In this document: positions 45,201-54,157 of the stretch, piece by piece
Layout of the letters: each line of letters opens with the position of its first letter
Numbering within the stretch: the first letter of the stretch is position 1
Virus record (IMG/VR): IMGVR_UViG_3300013308_000020
Location: 28,207-92,206 of that record
Reading direction: 5' to 3' (one strand)
Origin: a virus
Lineage: Duplodnaviria > Caudoviricetes
Length of the DNA: 64,000 nt
Notes under the pieces: model-generated
Told to the model about the DNA's origin: nothing
Seen by the model: the letters and a program-made list of their open reading frames with translations, nothing else
Databases searched by the model: none
Made by a program: the position numbers and the translations under genes

Positions 45201-47256
45201 GATCTTTTACTAAACCTACAGGAATAACAGGAGCAACACCAGTAGATTCTGGAAGAACATCTCGATAAGGATTTCCGCCATCAACATATTGAGGTAAACT
45301 TCCTCCATATGCATATGCACCAGTTGTAGTAACTCCTTTAGTATTATAGTTACGAAGCGTTTGCTGAGAACCCATAGTAGCTTGGTCATTGAGATTATTC
45401 ATATATCTCTCTCTAGCTTTTGCTTCTTCTCTCTTAGCTTTTTCAGCTTGAAGTAAAGCAAGACCTCCGCCAACAACAGCACCAACAGCCATTCCAGGGA
45501 GTCCTCCAGCTGCACCCATAGATGCTCCACTTGCTATACCTGAAGCAACTCCTCCAAGTGTAGAAGGTTTACCATTCATACCATCAATCATATTGATGCC
45601 TTGAGATACACCTTGTAAACCTCCACTAAGTGCAGTAGTGCCTTTTTCACTCATATTGTTAACTCTTCGGTTAACATCTCCAACTCCTACAGCAACAGAT
45701 TTTCCTGCATTAATAAGTGCATTTCCAATACCTCCTCCTCCAGTTGCTCCAGCAGTAGTTTGACCAGTATTAAAAGTTTCCCATCCACTTAATCCTAATT
45801 CTTCATTAGGATTAGTAGGAGGATTATATCCACCTAAATCATATCTAGGAAGAGAACCTCCATAAGCATAACCAAATGTTTCTCTTGCTCCTCGTCTAAA
45901 TTCATCTCCTACACTATCAAGAAGAGGTCTTTTTGCAAACTTATTCTCAACCATTCTACTTATAGGTCTCGTTGCGAAAGCAGGTAAACCTTCACTTTCT
46001 TCTTCGGAAGTTCCTATAGTTTCTCCATTAGGAGTTAATATCTCAGCATTTTTATCAAATCTTCTTATTTCTCTATTTATATTAGTTCCTAATTCATTAG
46101 GATTTTGAGATAAAGGTCTATTAAAAGAAGAAGAAGGTTTAGTAAGGTTAGCTTGATATTCTTCACCTAATCTTCTAGCTTTTCTAGCCCAATAATCATC
46201 TTGTTCTATCTCCCCTGTTCTAGGATTTCTACCTGCCCAACTACGAGCATTTTCAGTAGCTATACCTTGTTCATCAGGTTCTCCAAAAGGTCTTGAACGA
46301 GAATAAGCATTTCTTTGTGCTCTATTTAATGTAGTTTTTTGAACAGGAGTGTTAAGAATTTCTCGTTCTTCGGAAGGCATTATTTCATTACCCTTTTTAT
46401 CATACTTAATGTCTTTCATCCAAGGGTCATTACCTACACCACCAGTAGTTACTGGTTTAGCAGGTTCAAAAGTAGTACTAGATACAAAAGGAGTTTCTGT
46501 TTTAGTAACTGTCTTAGTTGGAGTAGTTACTTTCTTAGTAGTAACTACAGGTTGATTAGCAAGTTTCTTTAAAGGAGCAGAAACATATTTACCATTCTTT
46601 TCTACAACTCTAGGAAACTCTTCTCCACTTCTATTTGTACTTAAAGTTGCATTCTTTCTTTTACCTAAAGTATAAAAATCCTTTGCTGATTCTTCACCAT
46701 TTTTATAACTTATACCCCCAGGACGTTTATTACCATATAATACATTTTCAAATCCACTTGGCTTACTTTCCTGATTACCAAGAGTCATAGTACCTTTAGG
46801 TTCATCTTCCCATTTAGGCATATTAACTTTATTAGTCCTAGTTGGTTGTAATTCAGGAAGTTTAGGTTTAGGAGTTGTACTTGGTGTAATTGGTTTTGGC
46901 TTTATGCCGGTTGTATCTATACTAGCTTGAAATGCAGAATCTGCTTTAGCTCCTATATTTACTTTGCCTACTGTAGTATCTCCTTTACTTACAGTAGATA
47001 CTTTAGCATTAGGAGTACCTGTAACTGTTGCTTTATAACCAGTATTAGGATTAACTCCAGTTATATCTTTTAGTCTTTTACCTACTATATCAGCAGCATA
47101 TGTTCTAGGACCATCTTTTACTGCATATTTTAAACCATCTGGAGTAGTATAAGTTTTTTGCTTATTTTTTAAAGCATCTGTATATGCTTTATCCATAGCT
47201 TGTGCTTCAAAAAGAGAAGCTGTAGCTAACTTTCTTTTATATTGGTTTTGTGCCAT
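42244..47256 (-). CDS. large virion cargo protein with repeated Y-x-x-G-G motifs and glycine zipper (1670 aa)
   Basis: Follows the tail-stabilisation gene. Contains a Gly-zipper GGVASGIASGASMGAAGGLPGMAVGAVVGGGLALL, a basic IHIKKENRGKF module, an EVEGGE..HAEGGV..VFSD module and ten GG motifs. Confidence 0.75.
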   Translation of the reverse strand: MAQNQYKRKLATASLFEAQAMDKAYTDALKNKQKTYTTPDGLKYAVKDGPRTYAADIVGKRLKDITGVNPNTGYKATVTGTPNAKVSTVSKGDTTVGKVNIGAKADSAFQASIDTTGIKPKPITPSTTPKPKLPELQPTRTNKVNMPKWEDEPKGTMTLGNQESKPSGFENVLYGNKRPGGISYKNGEESAKDFYTLGKRKNATLSTNRSGEEFPRVVEKNGKYVSAPLKKLANQPVVTTKKVTTPTKTVTKTETPFVSSTTFEPAKPVTTGGVGNDPWMKDIKYDKKGNEIMPSEEREILNTPVQKTTLNRAQRNAYSRSRPFGEPDEQGIATENARSWAGRNPRTGEIEQDDYWARKARRLGEEYQANLTKPSSSFNRPLSQNPNELGTNINREIRRFDKNAEILTPNGETIGTSEEESEGLPAFATRPISRMVENKFAKRPLLDSVGDEFRRGARETFGYAYGGSLPRYDLGGYNPPTNPNEELGLSGWETFNTGQTTAGATGGGGIGNALINAGKSVAVGVGDVNRRVNNMSEKGTTALSGGLQGVSQGINMIDGMNGKPSTLGGVASGIASGASMGAAGGLPGMAVGAVVGGGLALLQAEKAKREEAKARERYMNNLNDQATMGSQQTLRNYNTKGVTTTGAYAYGGSLPQYVDGGNPYRDVLPESTGVAPVIPVGLVKDQKANEEAFLRDELARRYKYQQRRKDTQGLKEGLETADQIASYGQLGNFSPEPIGQSVGKVASVAGMGTGIGQTLLDSYRGEYGDAKRDALGAGLSGFAGIVGGENFVGKPNTIYLAKGSSTAGKVLSAAKNPHLVGATLGEIGLNNYDNIKKIADKDPIAYLKTKKLADGGTLDEFGNLINQGVTKATRAVLPINAAMLAQDVTGNAMKRFTGDNFLTRGTPTPLTEKDLTPEELNVMRRVHRNATVRAGDEPDNKGKYFGAEYADYGPSSEGVDPHDIPTFVHALVDPTHRMQTTLGETSIKKGKPTDDAIISDRFDFAGKQEEGLIKRMQNRTDQLTNPYAAIYGQMGNLASTKKGSGIPVKINLGKPKHGTSVSGSYAWGGDLPEYGKGGKIHIKKENRGKFTAYKKRTGKTTEEALHSKDPHVRQMANFARNAAKWKHKGRKKKHGDGGMLYAYPYGGQMPQEPEYEVEGGEMIQGQQPMLEDGQQQQVASDMTKVPDQAPSHAEGGVAGAGGERVFSDRMKTANKKTYAKEAEEIGKQKAKFEAKIPSTNEAISNTGHRMTERMDMKLDQLFNEQEMKKQLALPPSIYSSMPAMANGGRLPKLYNGMKLTQPQPFAYPMGYQYGKAPGASFNPLPAKGGWSTDPRSIRPTNIVNRRGEYNAATRGRAFGAGTGEYVAPGRTSSTGVVNPYIEPTVMDKQTGTQFYVDNNYQDPNAIQKLETRPASLGITSAPFNKLAAPELQKLPIPEGEATKNAMKGGNGIPWQYVDNLASGIMTANTPQIAKPYLDPAVRMNTTFDINPQLQAARNARDASATNIRQNTVQGGAANSNMQQLYASSLDNQNALYAQKNNIENELKNKEILVNSGINSRNNDKRYAYDVEDTKRRAGIQEDIVGNARNFALDQYTSARDAKMDARDLESIKQIAMANPNSADYGYQLQAIKDMYANDPQGLKSKIDQMRVNTPNSAALKDLEKYYASLK
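43393..45870 (-). repeat. protein-level tandem motif (Y/L/M/H)-x-x-G-G, mostly as pairs 9 aa apart
   Basis: YAYGGSLPRYDLGG 45829-45870; YAYGGSLPQYVDGG 45274-45315; LADGG 44689-44703; YAWGGDLPEYGKGG 44023-44064; HGDGGMLYAYPYGG 43816-43857; MANGG 43393-43407. Confidence 0.85.
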
Positions 47257-48605
47257 TATCTGTAACTTACTTTATCGTTAATACTAAAATCTGATAATAC
47301 TATTTCTGTAAATCTTGACCCATTATTAAAGATTAATCTTGAACAGATATAATCACTAATGAACCTAGCCTGTTTATAAAAAGATTTACTAGAAGAAATA
47401 GCAGTAGGTATTACATTACCTTTAGAATCTAGAAATATAGAATTAGGGTCTTTTATTAAATCCCTAAAATCATTAAATCTCCAAACACCTTCGGCATTAC
47501 GAGTAGTCTTATTAGGTATTATTGTTACTTCTCCACTACATTGATTATGATTATAAATCATAATAGTATCAAATGTAATATGTTCAATAATTATACCTGA
47601 TATTTTAACTTGAGTTTTCCAGCTAACAGAATGATAAGATTTAGTAAGAATATTAGGTGCAACAAACTCTATTTGAGATTTAAATGGAATTGGAACTGGA
47701 ACTTCAAGTGAAGGTTGATTATAAAACCAACCTTTTTTATCAAGTTGATTATGAATATAAATCTTAGTCTCTTTAAAAGACATTAAGAAGTTAGCAGTAC
47801 AAAAAATAGCGTCAGGTTTATAATCATGAAAACAAGACCAAGATTTATTCTCAAGAGAATATGATACAGTAAAAGAAGTATCTTCCATTACAACTTCTTC
47901 AAACTTAATATCAGTATCACATTTTAAGTTAGCATCTGCATCTGCAACAGCAAGTGCATATGCATTGGCACTTGCATTAGCAGGAGAAGATAAACTAAAA
48001 GCTCCTTTTGTTGATGTATAACTACCTGTTTGATTAGCACCACAATATTTAGTATAACTTCTTACTCTATAATAAATAGTTAGATTCTCACTATACCCTG
48101 TAACATCTGTAATAGTTACAGTAAAGTTTAAAGAATTTAAAGAAGGATTTACAACTGATACTATACTATAATGTTTAGAACTTATAATAGTTTTATTTAC
48201 AGGAATAGCATTACCACTTGAATCTTTATAAGTATCACTTAATATATTTTGTAAACTAGTAATATCAAGTCTAATAGTATTAGGAGTAGTTAAATTAGGA
48301 GTAATTGTAATATCTACTGGAGGTACACAATCAATAGTAATATTTGAAATTACTTCAAAATCCTGATTATTACTACCATATGCAATTACTCTATATAATC
48401 CGTCAGGTAAATTATTTACAGTAACACTAGATTGGTATAAAACATATGCACTAGTACCTAGAACTACACCATCTTCATCTGTAATTTGAACACTTACACT
48501 TTCATCTTTTTCAGGATCATTTGAAGTAACCGTAGCTGTTATAGTTCCTTTGTAATTTGAACAACTCTTAGTTGTCCTTAAAGTTACATTATTTATACCT
48601 GTCAT
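47256..48605 (-). CDS. tail stabilisation (muzzle) protein, C-terminal part, preceded by Ig-like domains
   Basis: FTVSYS...WSCFHDYKP and RNAEGVWRFN..R..ISDY motifs typical of the stabiliser C-terminus; likely start ATG 48605 (TAA-T-ATG after the upstream stop). Confidence 0.7.
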   Translation of the reverse strand: MTGINNVTLRTTKSCSNYKGTITATVTSNDPEKDESVSVQITDEDGVVLGTSAYVLYQSSVTVNNLPDGLYRVIAYGSNNQDFEVISNITIDCVPPVDITITPNLTTPNTIRLDITSLQNILSDTYKDSSGNAIPVNKTIISSKHYSIVSVVNPSLNSLNFTVTITDVTGYSENLTIYYRVRSYTKYCGANQTGSYTSTKGAFSLSSPANASANAYALAVADADANLKCDTDIKFEEVVMEDTSFTVSYSLENKSWSCFHDYKPDAIFCTANFLMSFKETKIYIHNQLDKKGWFYNQPSLEVPVPIPFKSQIEFVAPNILTKSYHSVSWKTQVKISGIIIEHITFDTIMIYNHNQCSGEVTIIPNKTTRNAEGVWRFNDFRDLIKDPNSIFLDSKGNVIPTAISSSKSFYKQARFISDYICSRLIFNNGSRFTEIVLSDFSINDKVSYR

Positions 48606-48606
48606 A

Positions 48607-51600
48607 TTATTCGCTTGGTAAAATTTCTTCCGGTGGTATAGGAACATCTACAAAAGGAGATTCCGCTACAACTCTCATATATTTTCCATCTTTATACACA
48701 ACATCTCCTTCTTTCAGACTACGTATAAATTCTACATCTTCTGTATAATGTCCTTTATAATTTAAAAGGTCATTAGGTGGGAGAAGTAATTGCTTCTTTA
48801 CAAAGATAATTCTATTATTAACTTCATCATAAGAAGAGCAGAGTCCATTAAAAGTAAAAGGATTGTTTGTAGTAAGACTTCCAATCATAGGTAGGTTATC
48901 TCTAAACCATTTGTACATACCTTCATTGGAAATTTCTTTCATGGCATTATCCATAATGAATACTTTACCTTGCTTTTCATCAGCAGTAAAATATCCACCT
49001 TTAAACTTACCACAAACGAATTTAGAATTACAACCTACATATCCATCTTTAGAATCTAGAATCTCTTTAGGAGGACGAGCAAACACATCTCCTGTTCCTA
49101 CTTGAACTGTAGATATATCTGTTTGTAATTGTTCATTGCTCCTAGTTATATAAAGACCGTATTCATGTTGAATAAGTATATCCCCATTGATAGCTTCAAG
49201 ATGAACTATACCACCTCTATCCTTAACTGTTTCATAGTAATCATTAGCACTGAATTGTCTCCAAGAAAGATTCTTAGATTCTCTTCCTATTCTACCTGAA
49301 CGTAAAATACGATTAAAATGTCTAGTTAAATCTTGTTCCTCAAACTCCATATGCTGTACAGCATTAAGAGTATTTACTGTTGTATAATCTTTATGGAATC
49401 TAATAGGATATTCTGTTTGATTAGATGTTCCATTATTAACCATTGGATAATCATACTTAGGATAGAAATCTCCATATTGTAATTCAGGAGGATTTGCAGT
49501 TTCTACAAAGAATATAATCTTATGACGAATACCATCATGTTGATCATTATCATTATAAGTATTCCAAGTAGGAGCAGTAAGAATATTTCCTTGTCTACCA
49601 TAATAACCATCTCCACCAAATATAGGAATAGTAGCAAGTGCGGCATTATCAATTCTATATCCAGTAGATACTAATTCTTGTTCATCATATCTAAGATAAG
49701 CATTATCTTTAACTAAACATAAATCAGTAAGATATGTTTCACAAAACATTGCTCCTCCTTTTAAAGTACCATAACTTATATTAGCAGGAAGGTTTAAATT
49801 CATAGAAGGATTTCCTCTACCTTGAGTATCTGCTTGAAATTTAGCATAAAATACTTCTTCACACCATCTATTACTTACATTAAGACCATCTATATTTCCA
49901 ATAATTGTATTAAATGGAAGGTATCTTTGATCATATATTCCTCTAACTCTGTATTCTTCTGCGGCAGGAATAATAGAAACAGTTCCTCCTGAAGGTGTCC
50001 AATTTGTAAAATCTGTAAAGGCAAAAATAGAACCATCTTCACTACCATCTTCATTACTTTTACAAGTAGGATCTACATCAGTATCTCCATGAAGCTTCCA
50101 GTTATTATAAATATAATTAGGCATTACACTTGTCTTATCAACAAGCATATCAAAAGGATGAACTCTAATAGTTTTATAATCTAAAAATTGAGTTTTAACT
50201 TGAGTACTACTTGTACCTGAGGTTACACTCCAATTACCTGCATTAGAAGTAATATTATTATTTTGAGGATCAATTCCTTGTGCACCAAAGAACATTAATG
50301 CTCTACCTGCAAGAGTACAATTATCTCCTTTACGTTTAGCATAAAATATTTCTATATTTTGTATTTGGTCTCTTATCTCTTGTGGAAAATTTATATTAGA
50401 TATTTTTAAACCTAATATATTAGCATTATGAGTATCTTGAGTAAAGTAACCATCTCTACCAATAGTAGGAGTTTTATGGTGTCTTACTTTTTGACCACCT
50501 AGATTATCAATAACGTTTCCATTAGCATCTAATATATCCCAATCAGGAGTACTAGGATAAACTTCATCTTTGTTTTCCCAATATCCCATAGTGCCAATAG
50601 GAAAACCTGATGTATCTCTAGTTTGAAAATACTTAACATTTGTAGCTACAACATTATCTTCTTTTAAATATCCTGCTCCACTAGTATTCATTATATTAGA
50701 AACTAATTCGTTTTCTTTGAAAGTACTTGTAAAAGGAGCACCTACTATATTTCTAGCAGCACGACCAGGAATATGAAAGGCATATTGATAATTACCAGTT
50801 GTCATAGTAACTACTGCATATAAAGCATATACTTCATTATGCATAAAGCATCTTTTAAGATGAAAAGAACTACCATCTTTATAAGTACCTTCGGGACTAG
50901 CCATAGATGATACAGATATTTCATCTCTTACATATTCAACCTTCCAATTATTTATATACTTTTGAATATTAATTATAGGCTTAGTTCCTACATCAGCAAG
51001 ATATAAAATATCACTATCAATTAATACAGAAGAAGCAGTTGTATAACTAGGTCTATCTACAACAACTTCACTCATAGATATACTTTGTACTGGTTCTGTA
51101 CCTGTATATACTGCTGTTGCTGTTGCACCATGAATGTTTATAGTAGTAAATGATTCAGCATAATACTGACTTCCCTCTTTACGAACTACTATAAGCTTTA
51201 TTTTCTTATAACGAGTATCAATATTTTCAATAAATAGCTCTACTGAATTAGGAGTTTTAGTTCCAATAGGATCTCCACTTATTTGAGTATAAGTAGAGTT
51301 CATATTTATAATAAGAACTGGATTTCCTATTGGAAAAGTATCAGTTATATATCCACTATAATCTTCATATTGTCCTGTAAAGAAAATAGTACCTGTAGTA
51401 ATATCTCCTCCATCAGGTCTTACCTTTAATGCATTAATTTTAGGTATTACTGCATTAGGAAATACAAGAGTATTATTTAATAAAGTAGGGTCAACTAAAG
51501 TATAATCGGGATTAAGTTTAAAAGGAAGATTATCTATATTAAGAACTCTTACAGGATTATAATTATCTGTAAATATAATCTCAACATCATTATAAATATT

Positions 51601-51930
51601 ACGATGATGGCGTCCACTAATAGGATGTTCTATACTAAAACCAAATCCTGCATCTCTAACAATAACGCTATAAACTCCTTTATTACTTATTCTACCTATT
51701 TCAGAAGTAGTAGTTACTGAAAAGATAATTACCTCATCATCATATAATGTAATAAAACCAATTGGGGTAGCCCCTTCAGTATAATTACGAGCATAAAAGT
51801 CGAAACCATCTTCATTCTTAACAGCTTTTCTATCTTTGGTTATTACAATATTTCTAGTATTCGTTGTCCAAGTTCCTTCTGATGAATTCGCTCTATCCAA
51901 GCTATCATCATACATACCTTTTAACTCCAT
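48607..51930 (-). CDS. tail stabilisation (muzzle) protein, N-terminal part (1107 aa)
   Basis: KGM.D..., NEDGF, FTDNYNPVRVLN, VRHHKTP, SWRQFSANDY, EISNEGMYKWF, YDEVNNRIIF; follows the tail tubular gene. Confidence 0.82.
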   Translation of the reverse strand: MELKGMYDDSLDRANSSEGTWTTNTRNIVITKDRKAVKNEDGFDFYARNYTEGATPIGFITLYDDEVIIFSVTTTSEIGRISNKGVYSVIVRDAGFGFSIEHPISGRHHRNIYNDVEIIFTDNYNPVRVLNIDNLPFKLNPDYTLVDPTLLNNTLVFPNAVIPKINALKVRPDGGDITTGTIFFTGQYEDYSGYITDTFPIGNPVLIINMNSTYTQISGDPIGTKTPNSVELFIENIDTRYKKIKLIVVRKEGSQYYAESFTTINIHGATATAVYTGTEPVQSISMSEVVVDRPSYTTASSVLIDSDILYLADVGTKPIINIQKYINNWKVEYVRDEISVSSMASPEGTYKDGSSFHLKRCFMHNEVYALYAVVTMTTGNYQYAFHIPGRAARNIVGAPFTSTFKENELVSNIMNTSGAGYLKEDNVVATNVKYFQTRDTSGFPIGTMGYWENKDEVYPSTPDWDILDANGNVIDNLGGQKVRHHKTPTIGRDGYFTQDTHNANILGLKISNINFPQEIRDQIQNIEIFYAKRKGDNCTLAGRALMFFGAQGIDPQNNNITSNAGNWSVTSGTSSTQVKTQFLDYKTIRVHPFDMLVDKTSVMPNYIYNNWKLHGDTDVDPTCKSNEDGSEDGSIFAFTDFTNWTPSGGTVSIIPAAEEYRVRGIYDQRYLPFNTIIGNIDGLNVSNRWCEEVFYAKFQADTQGRGNPSMNLNLPANISYGTLKGGAMFCETYLTDLCLVKDNAYLRYDEQELVSTGYRIDNAALATIPIFGGDGYYGRQGNILTAPTWNTYNDNDQHDGIRHKIIFFVETANPPELQYGDFYPKYDYPMVNNGTSNQTEYPIRFHKDYTTVNTLNAVQHMEFEEQDLTRHFNRILRSGRIGRESKNLSWRQFSANDYYETVKDRGGIVHLEAINGDILIQHEYGLYITRSNEQLQTDISTVQVGTGDVFARPPKEILDSKDGYVGCNSKFVCGKFKGGYFTADEKQGKVFIMDNAMKEISNEGMYKWFRDNLPMIGSLTTNNPFTFNGLCSSYDEVNNRIIFVKKQLLLPPNDLLNYKGHYTEDVEFIRSLKEGDVVYKDGKYMRVVAESPFVDVPIPPEEILPSE

Positions 51931-51940
51931 AGTATTCAGG

Positions 51941-52651
51941 TTAGTTGTTAGCTAGTTTATTTTGATCTACATAAGTAGGTAGGGTTGATGCTCCACCTCC
52001 TAGTATAGTATCATCACTATACTCAAGACCTCTACCAAAGTTTTCCATAAATAGACCATCATCAAATAATCTAGTCCAGCAATTACCAAAAGCCACATGC
52101 TCATCACGAGAAGGCATTTTCATATTATTACAAGCTCTTGCAGAATGTTCTGTCCATTTAGCATCACAATCTTTATAATTGAATACTTTATGTTCATATC
52201 CACTAGAAAGCATACCCATCATTATATACCATTCAATTGCTCTTTGATAGTCAAAGTCATTATAGACTAGAGGTAAACCTCTTTCATCTACAGGAATAGC
52301 TTTATATACACAATTAATATTGCCTTCATTAAATGGACAAATGAGATAGCCAGGATTCATCCAATAACCACCTCCTTCATTTCTTTGTTCTGCAGGAATA
52401 CCTTTAGCTACAGGAATACGAGAACCTTCATAACTAAAACCTATATGGTCAACCATATCTTTAGGTAAGATAGCACGTCTATTAATAACAGGTAGACATA
52501 CACTTTTTGTTTCCATTGGAAGCGCAGTACCAATACCTTGTATAGCTTCACCTATAAAACGTATTGCATCATTCATCCAAGATTTATCTTTCGGTTTGAA
52601 TCTTCTTTGAACATTCAATAGAATGGTCATTGAACTTATTATATTTGACAT
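51941..52651 (-). CDS. tail tubular / ring protein (P22 gp4-like)
   Basis: YKAIPVDERGLPLV..AIEWYI motif; canonical position between IHF-like and stabiliser genes. Confidence 0.78.
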   Translation of the reverse strand: MSNIISSMTILLNVQRRFKPKDKSWMNDAIRFIGEAIQGIGTALPMETKSVCLPVINRRAILPKDMVDHIGFSYEGSRIPVAKGIPAEQRNEGGGYWMNPGYLICPFNEGNINCVYKAIPVDERGLPLVYNDFDYQRAIEWYIMMGMLSSGYEHKVFNYKDCDAKWTEHSARACNNMKMPSRDEHVAFGNCWTRLFDDGLFMENFGRGLEYSDDTILGGGASTLPTYVDQNKLANN

Positions 52652-53181
52652 TAGCTTTCCTTTAAAAATTTGAATTCACAATCTCTATAATTAATACTAG
52701 CTTTGTCATTTTGTTTTACATAATGAGCAAGTTTACGAGATATACCTATAGGTCCATCGGTAACAGCTAGTTGCCAACCTGTCTTATTTTTGATACTAAC
52801 TCCATCAGATTTAGACCAATTCCATTTACAGATAAGTGTGTTAGTATGATATGCAACTTGATTAATACCGGCAGCCTTATTCTTTCTTGTAGTACCAAAG
52901 TCAATAGATAATCCTTTAACTTTATCTTCATCATCTATATGGAATACTTTTTCATATTTTACTACTTCAAGCACTCCTATTTCACTACCAAAATTATATC
53001 GTCCTCCTTTAAGACATTCTTCTACTGCTTCTTTATGACATTCAGTAACGATTGTTTTAAATAGATTATAATTTTTCTTTTGTGCTATAAGACTATTAGG
53101 ATAAGTTTTGATATATGTTTTATACATCATCTTAGTAGTTATCCTTTTAGTATTTAAGAATTTAGATGCTTTAGTTGCCAT
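52651..53181 (-). CDS. IHF/HU-like DNA-binding protein
   Basis: Basic; GGRYNFGSEIGVLEVVK HU-like signature; IDFGTT..W.WSK; conserved crAss position. Confidence 0.75.
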   Translation of the reverse strand: MATKASKFLNTKRITTKMMYKTYIKTYPNSLIAQKKNYNLFKTIVTECHKEAVEECLKGGRYNFGSEIGVLEVVKYEKVFHIDDEDKVKGLSIDFGTTRKNKAAGINQVAYHTNTLICKWNWSKSDGVSIKNKTGWQLAVTDGPIGISRKLAHYVKQNDKASINYRDCEFKFLKES

Positions 53182-53807
53182 TATAGTTTAATTTCGTCGT
53201 TCTCAGGGTTTCTCTCTATTCCATGAAGTTTGAGCATTTCTGTCTCTATATCCTTTATCATGTCTGTAGGAGTGTATGCGTTCTGTAATATTGAGCAATT
53301 TGCACCATCATTATCAGCAAATTCAGCAGCTTCTTGAGGATGTATAAACATAGTCCGAATATTAATGGTATTCTTACCGTTAACAACGTATATGAAACCG
53401 TTCTTTCGGAAGTAGGTAGGGTATAGGGCAGGAAACGGCTCGTAGCAAGCGTTCTCATTTTCAAATTCAGTAGTAGGTTGATAGTCAGGTGAACCATCAG
53501 CAGCTCCTATATACATAAATTGATTAAGATACTTAGTGTCAATAGGAGTTGGAATAGGGAACTCTGTGCGTTTCATATTACAGTCCTTTGGTATATTACA
53601 TTCACCTTTAGGTACATCTACAAGTTTAATGCAACCTAAATCTTGAATACTCTCAGGTCTATAAAGCATATTCTTATTGAAGTCATTACGTAAATACGTA
53701 GCACGTATATTCCATAATGTATCACGGAGTTCAATTATGTAGCCTAAGTCATTCCTTCTATCAAGGATTTCAGCTACCTTGTAAGTTATTGCATCTATTT
53801 GATTCAT
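53181..53807 (-). CDS. tail ring / structural protein (208 aa)
   Basis: QDLGCIKLVDV..C...C...RT..PIP and NGFIYV motifs; lies upstream of the IHF-like gene. Confidence 0.7.
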   Translation of the reverse strand: MNQIDAITYKVAEILDRRNDLGYIIELRDTLWNIRATYLRNDFNKNMLYRPESIQDLGCIKLVDVPKGECNIPKDCNMKRTEFPIPTPIDTKYLNQFMYIGAADGSPDYQPTTEFENENACYEPFPALYPTYFRKNGFIYVVNGKNTINIRTMFIHPQEAAEFADNDGANCSILQNAYTPTDMIKDIETEMLKLHGIERNPENDEIKL

Positions 53808-54157
53808 AGTCGTGTTCCTACGTAAAATCCAAGTAAAGTACTAGTTACAGCAAAGATTTTCCACAATGTCATATTCTTTTTAAGAGTTTTATTTGATTGT
53901 CTAAGTATTGTATTTTCAACATTCATATCTTTATTTATTTCTGTAAGAAGTTGAACTGATTCTCTTTCTACAGCAAAGGCGTATTTCAAATCATCACGTT
54001 CTCTATAAGAATCATATAGAGCAATCTTACATTCATCGAAACCTATTAAGCCTTTCACGATCTCCCTCTTTTGTGAAAGGTGTATATTTCCAGTTTGTGA
54101 GTATGCTGTCAAGTTCAGCATTAGTAGCATTGCGAGTAATCCTATCAACATTTTCAT
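53804..54157 (-). CDS. secreted coiled-coil protein with C-terminal hydrophobic anchor (spanin-like partner)
   Basis: Signal peptide MKMLIGLLAMLLMLNLTAYS|Q, coiled coil, C-terminal WKIFAVTSTLLGFYVG; overlaps the upstream gene by 125 nt. Confidence 0.6.
   Translation of the reverse strand: MKMLIGLLAMLLMLNLTAYSQTGNIHLSQKREIVKGLIGFDECKIALYDSYRERDDLKYAFAVERESVQLLTEINKDMNVENTILRQSNKTLKKNMTLWKIFAVTSTLLGFYVGTRL

Noticed and set aside
48603-48647. Programmed frameshift joining the two stabiliser ORFs
   Set aside because: No clear slippery heptamer; a TAA-T-ATG restart at 48605 explains the junction and matches other gene boundaries.
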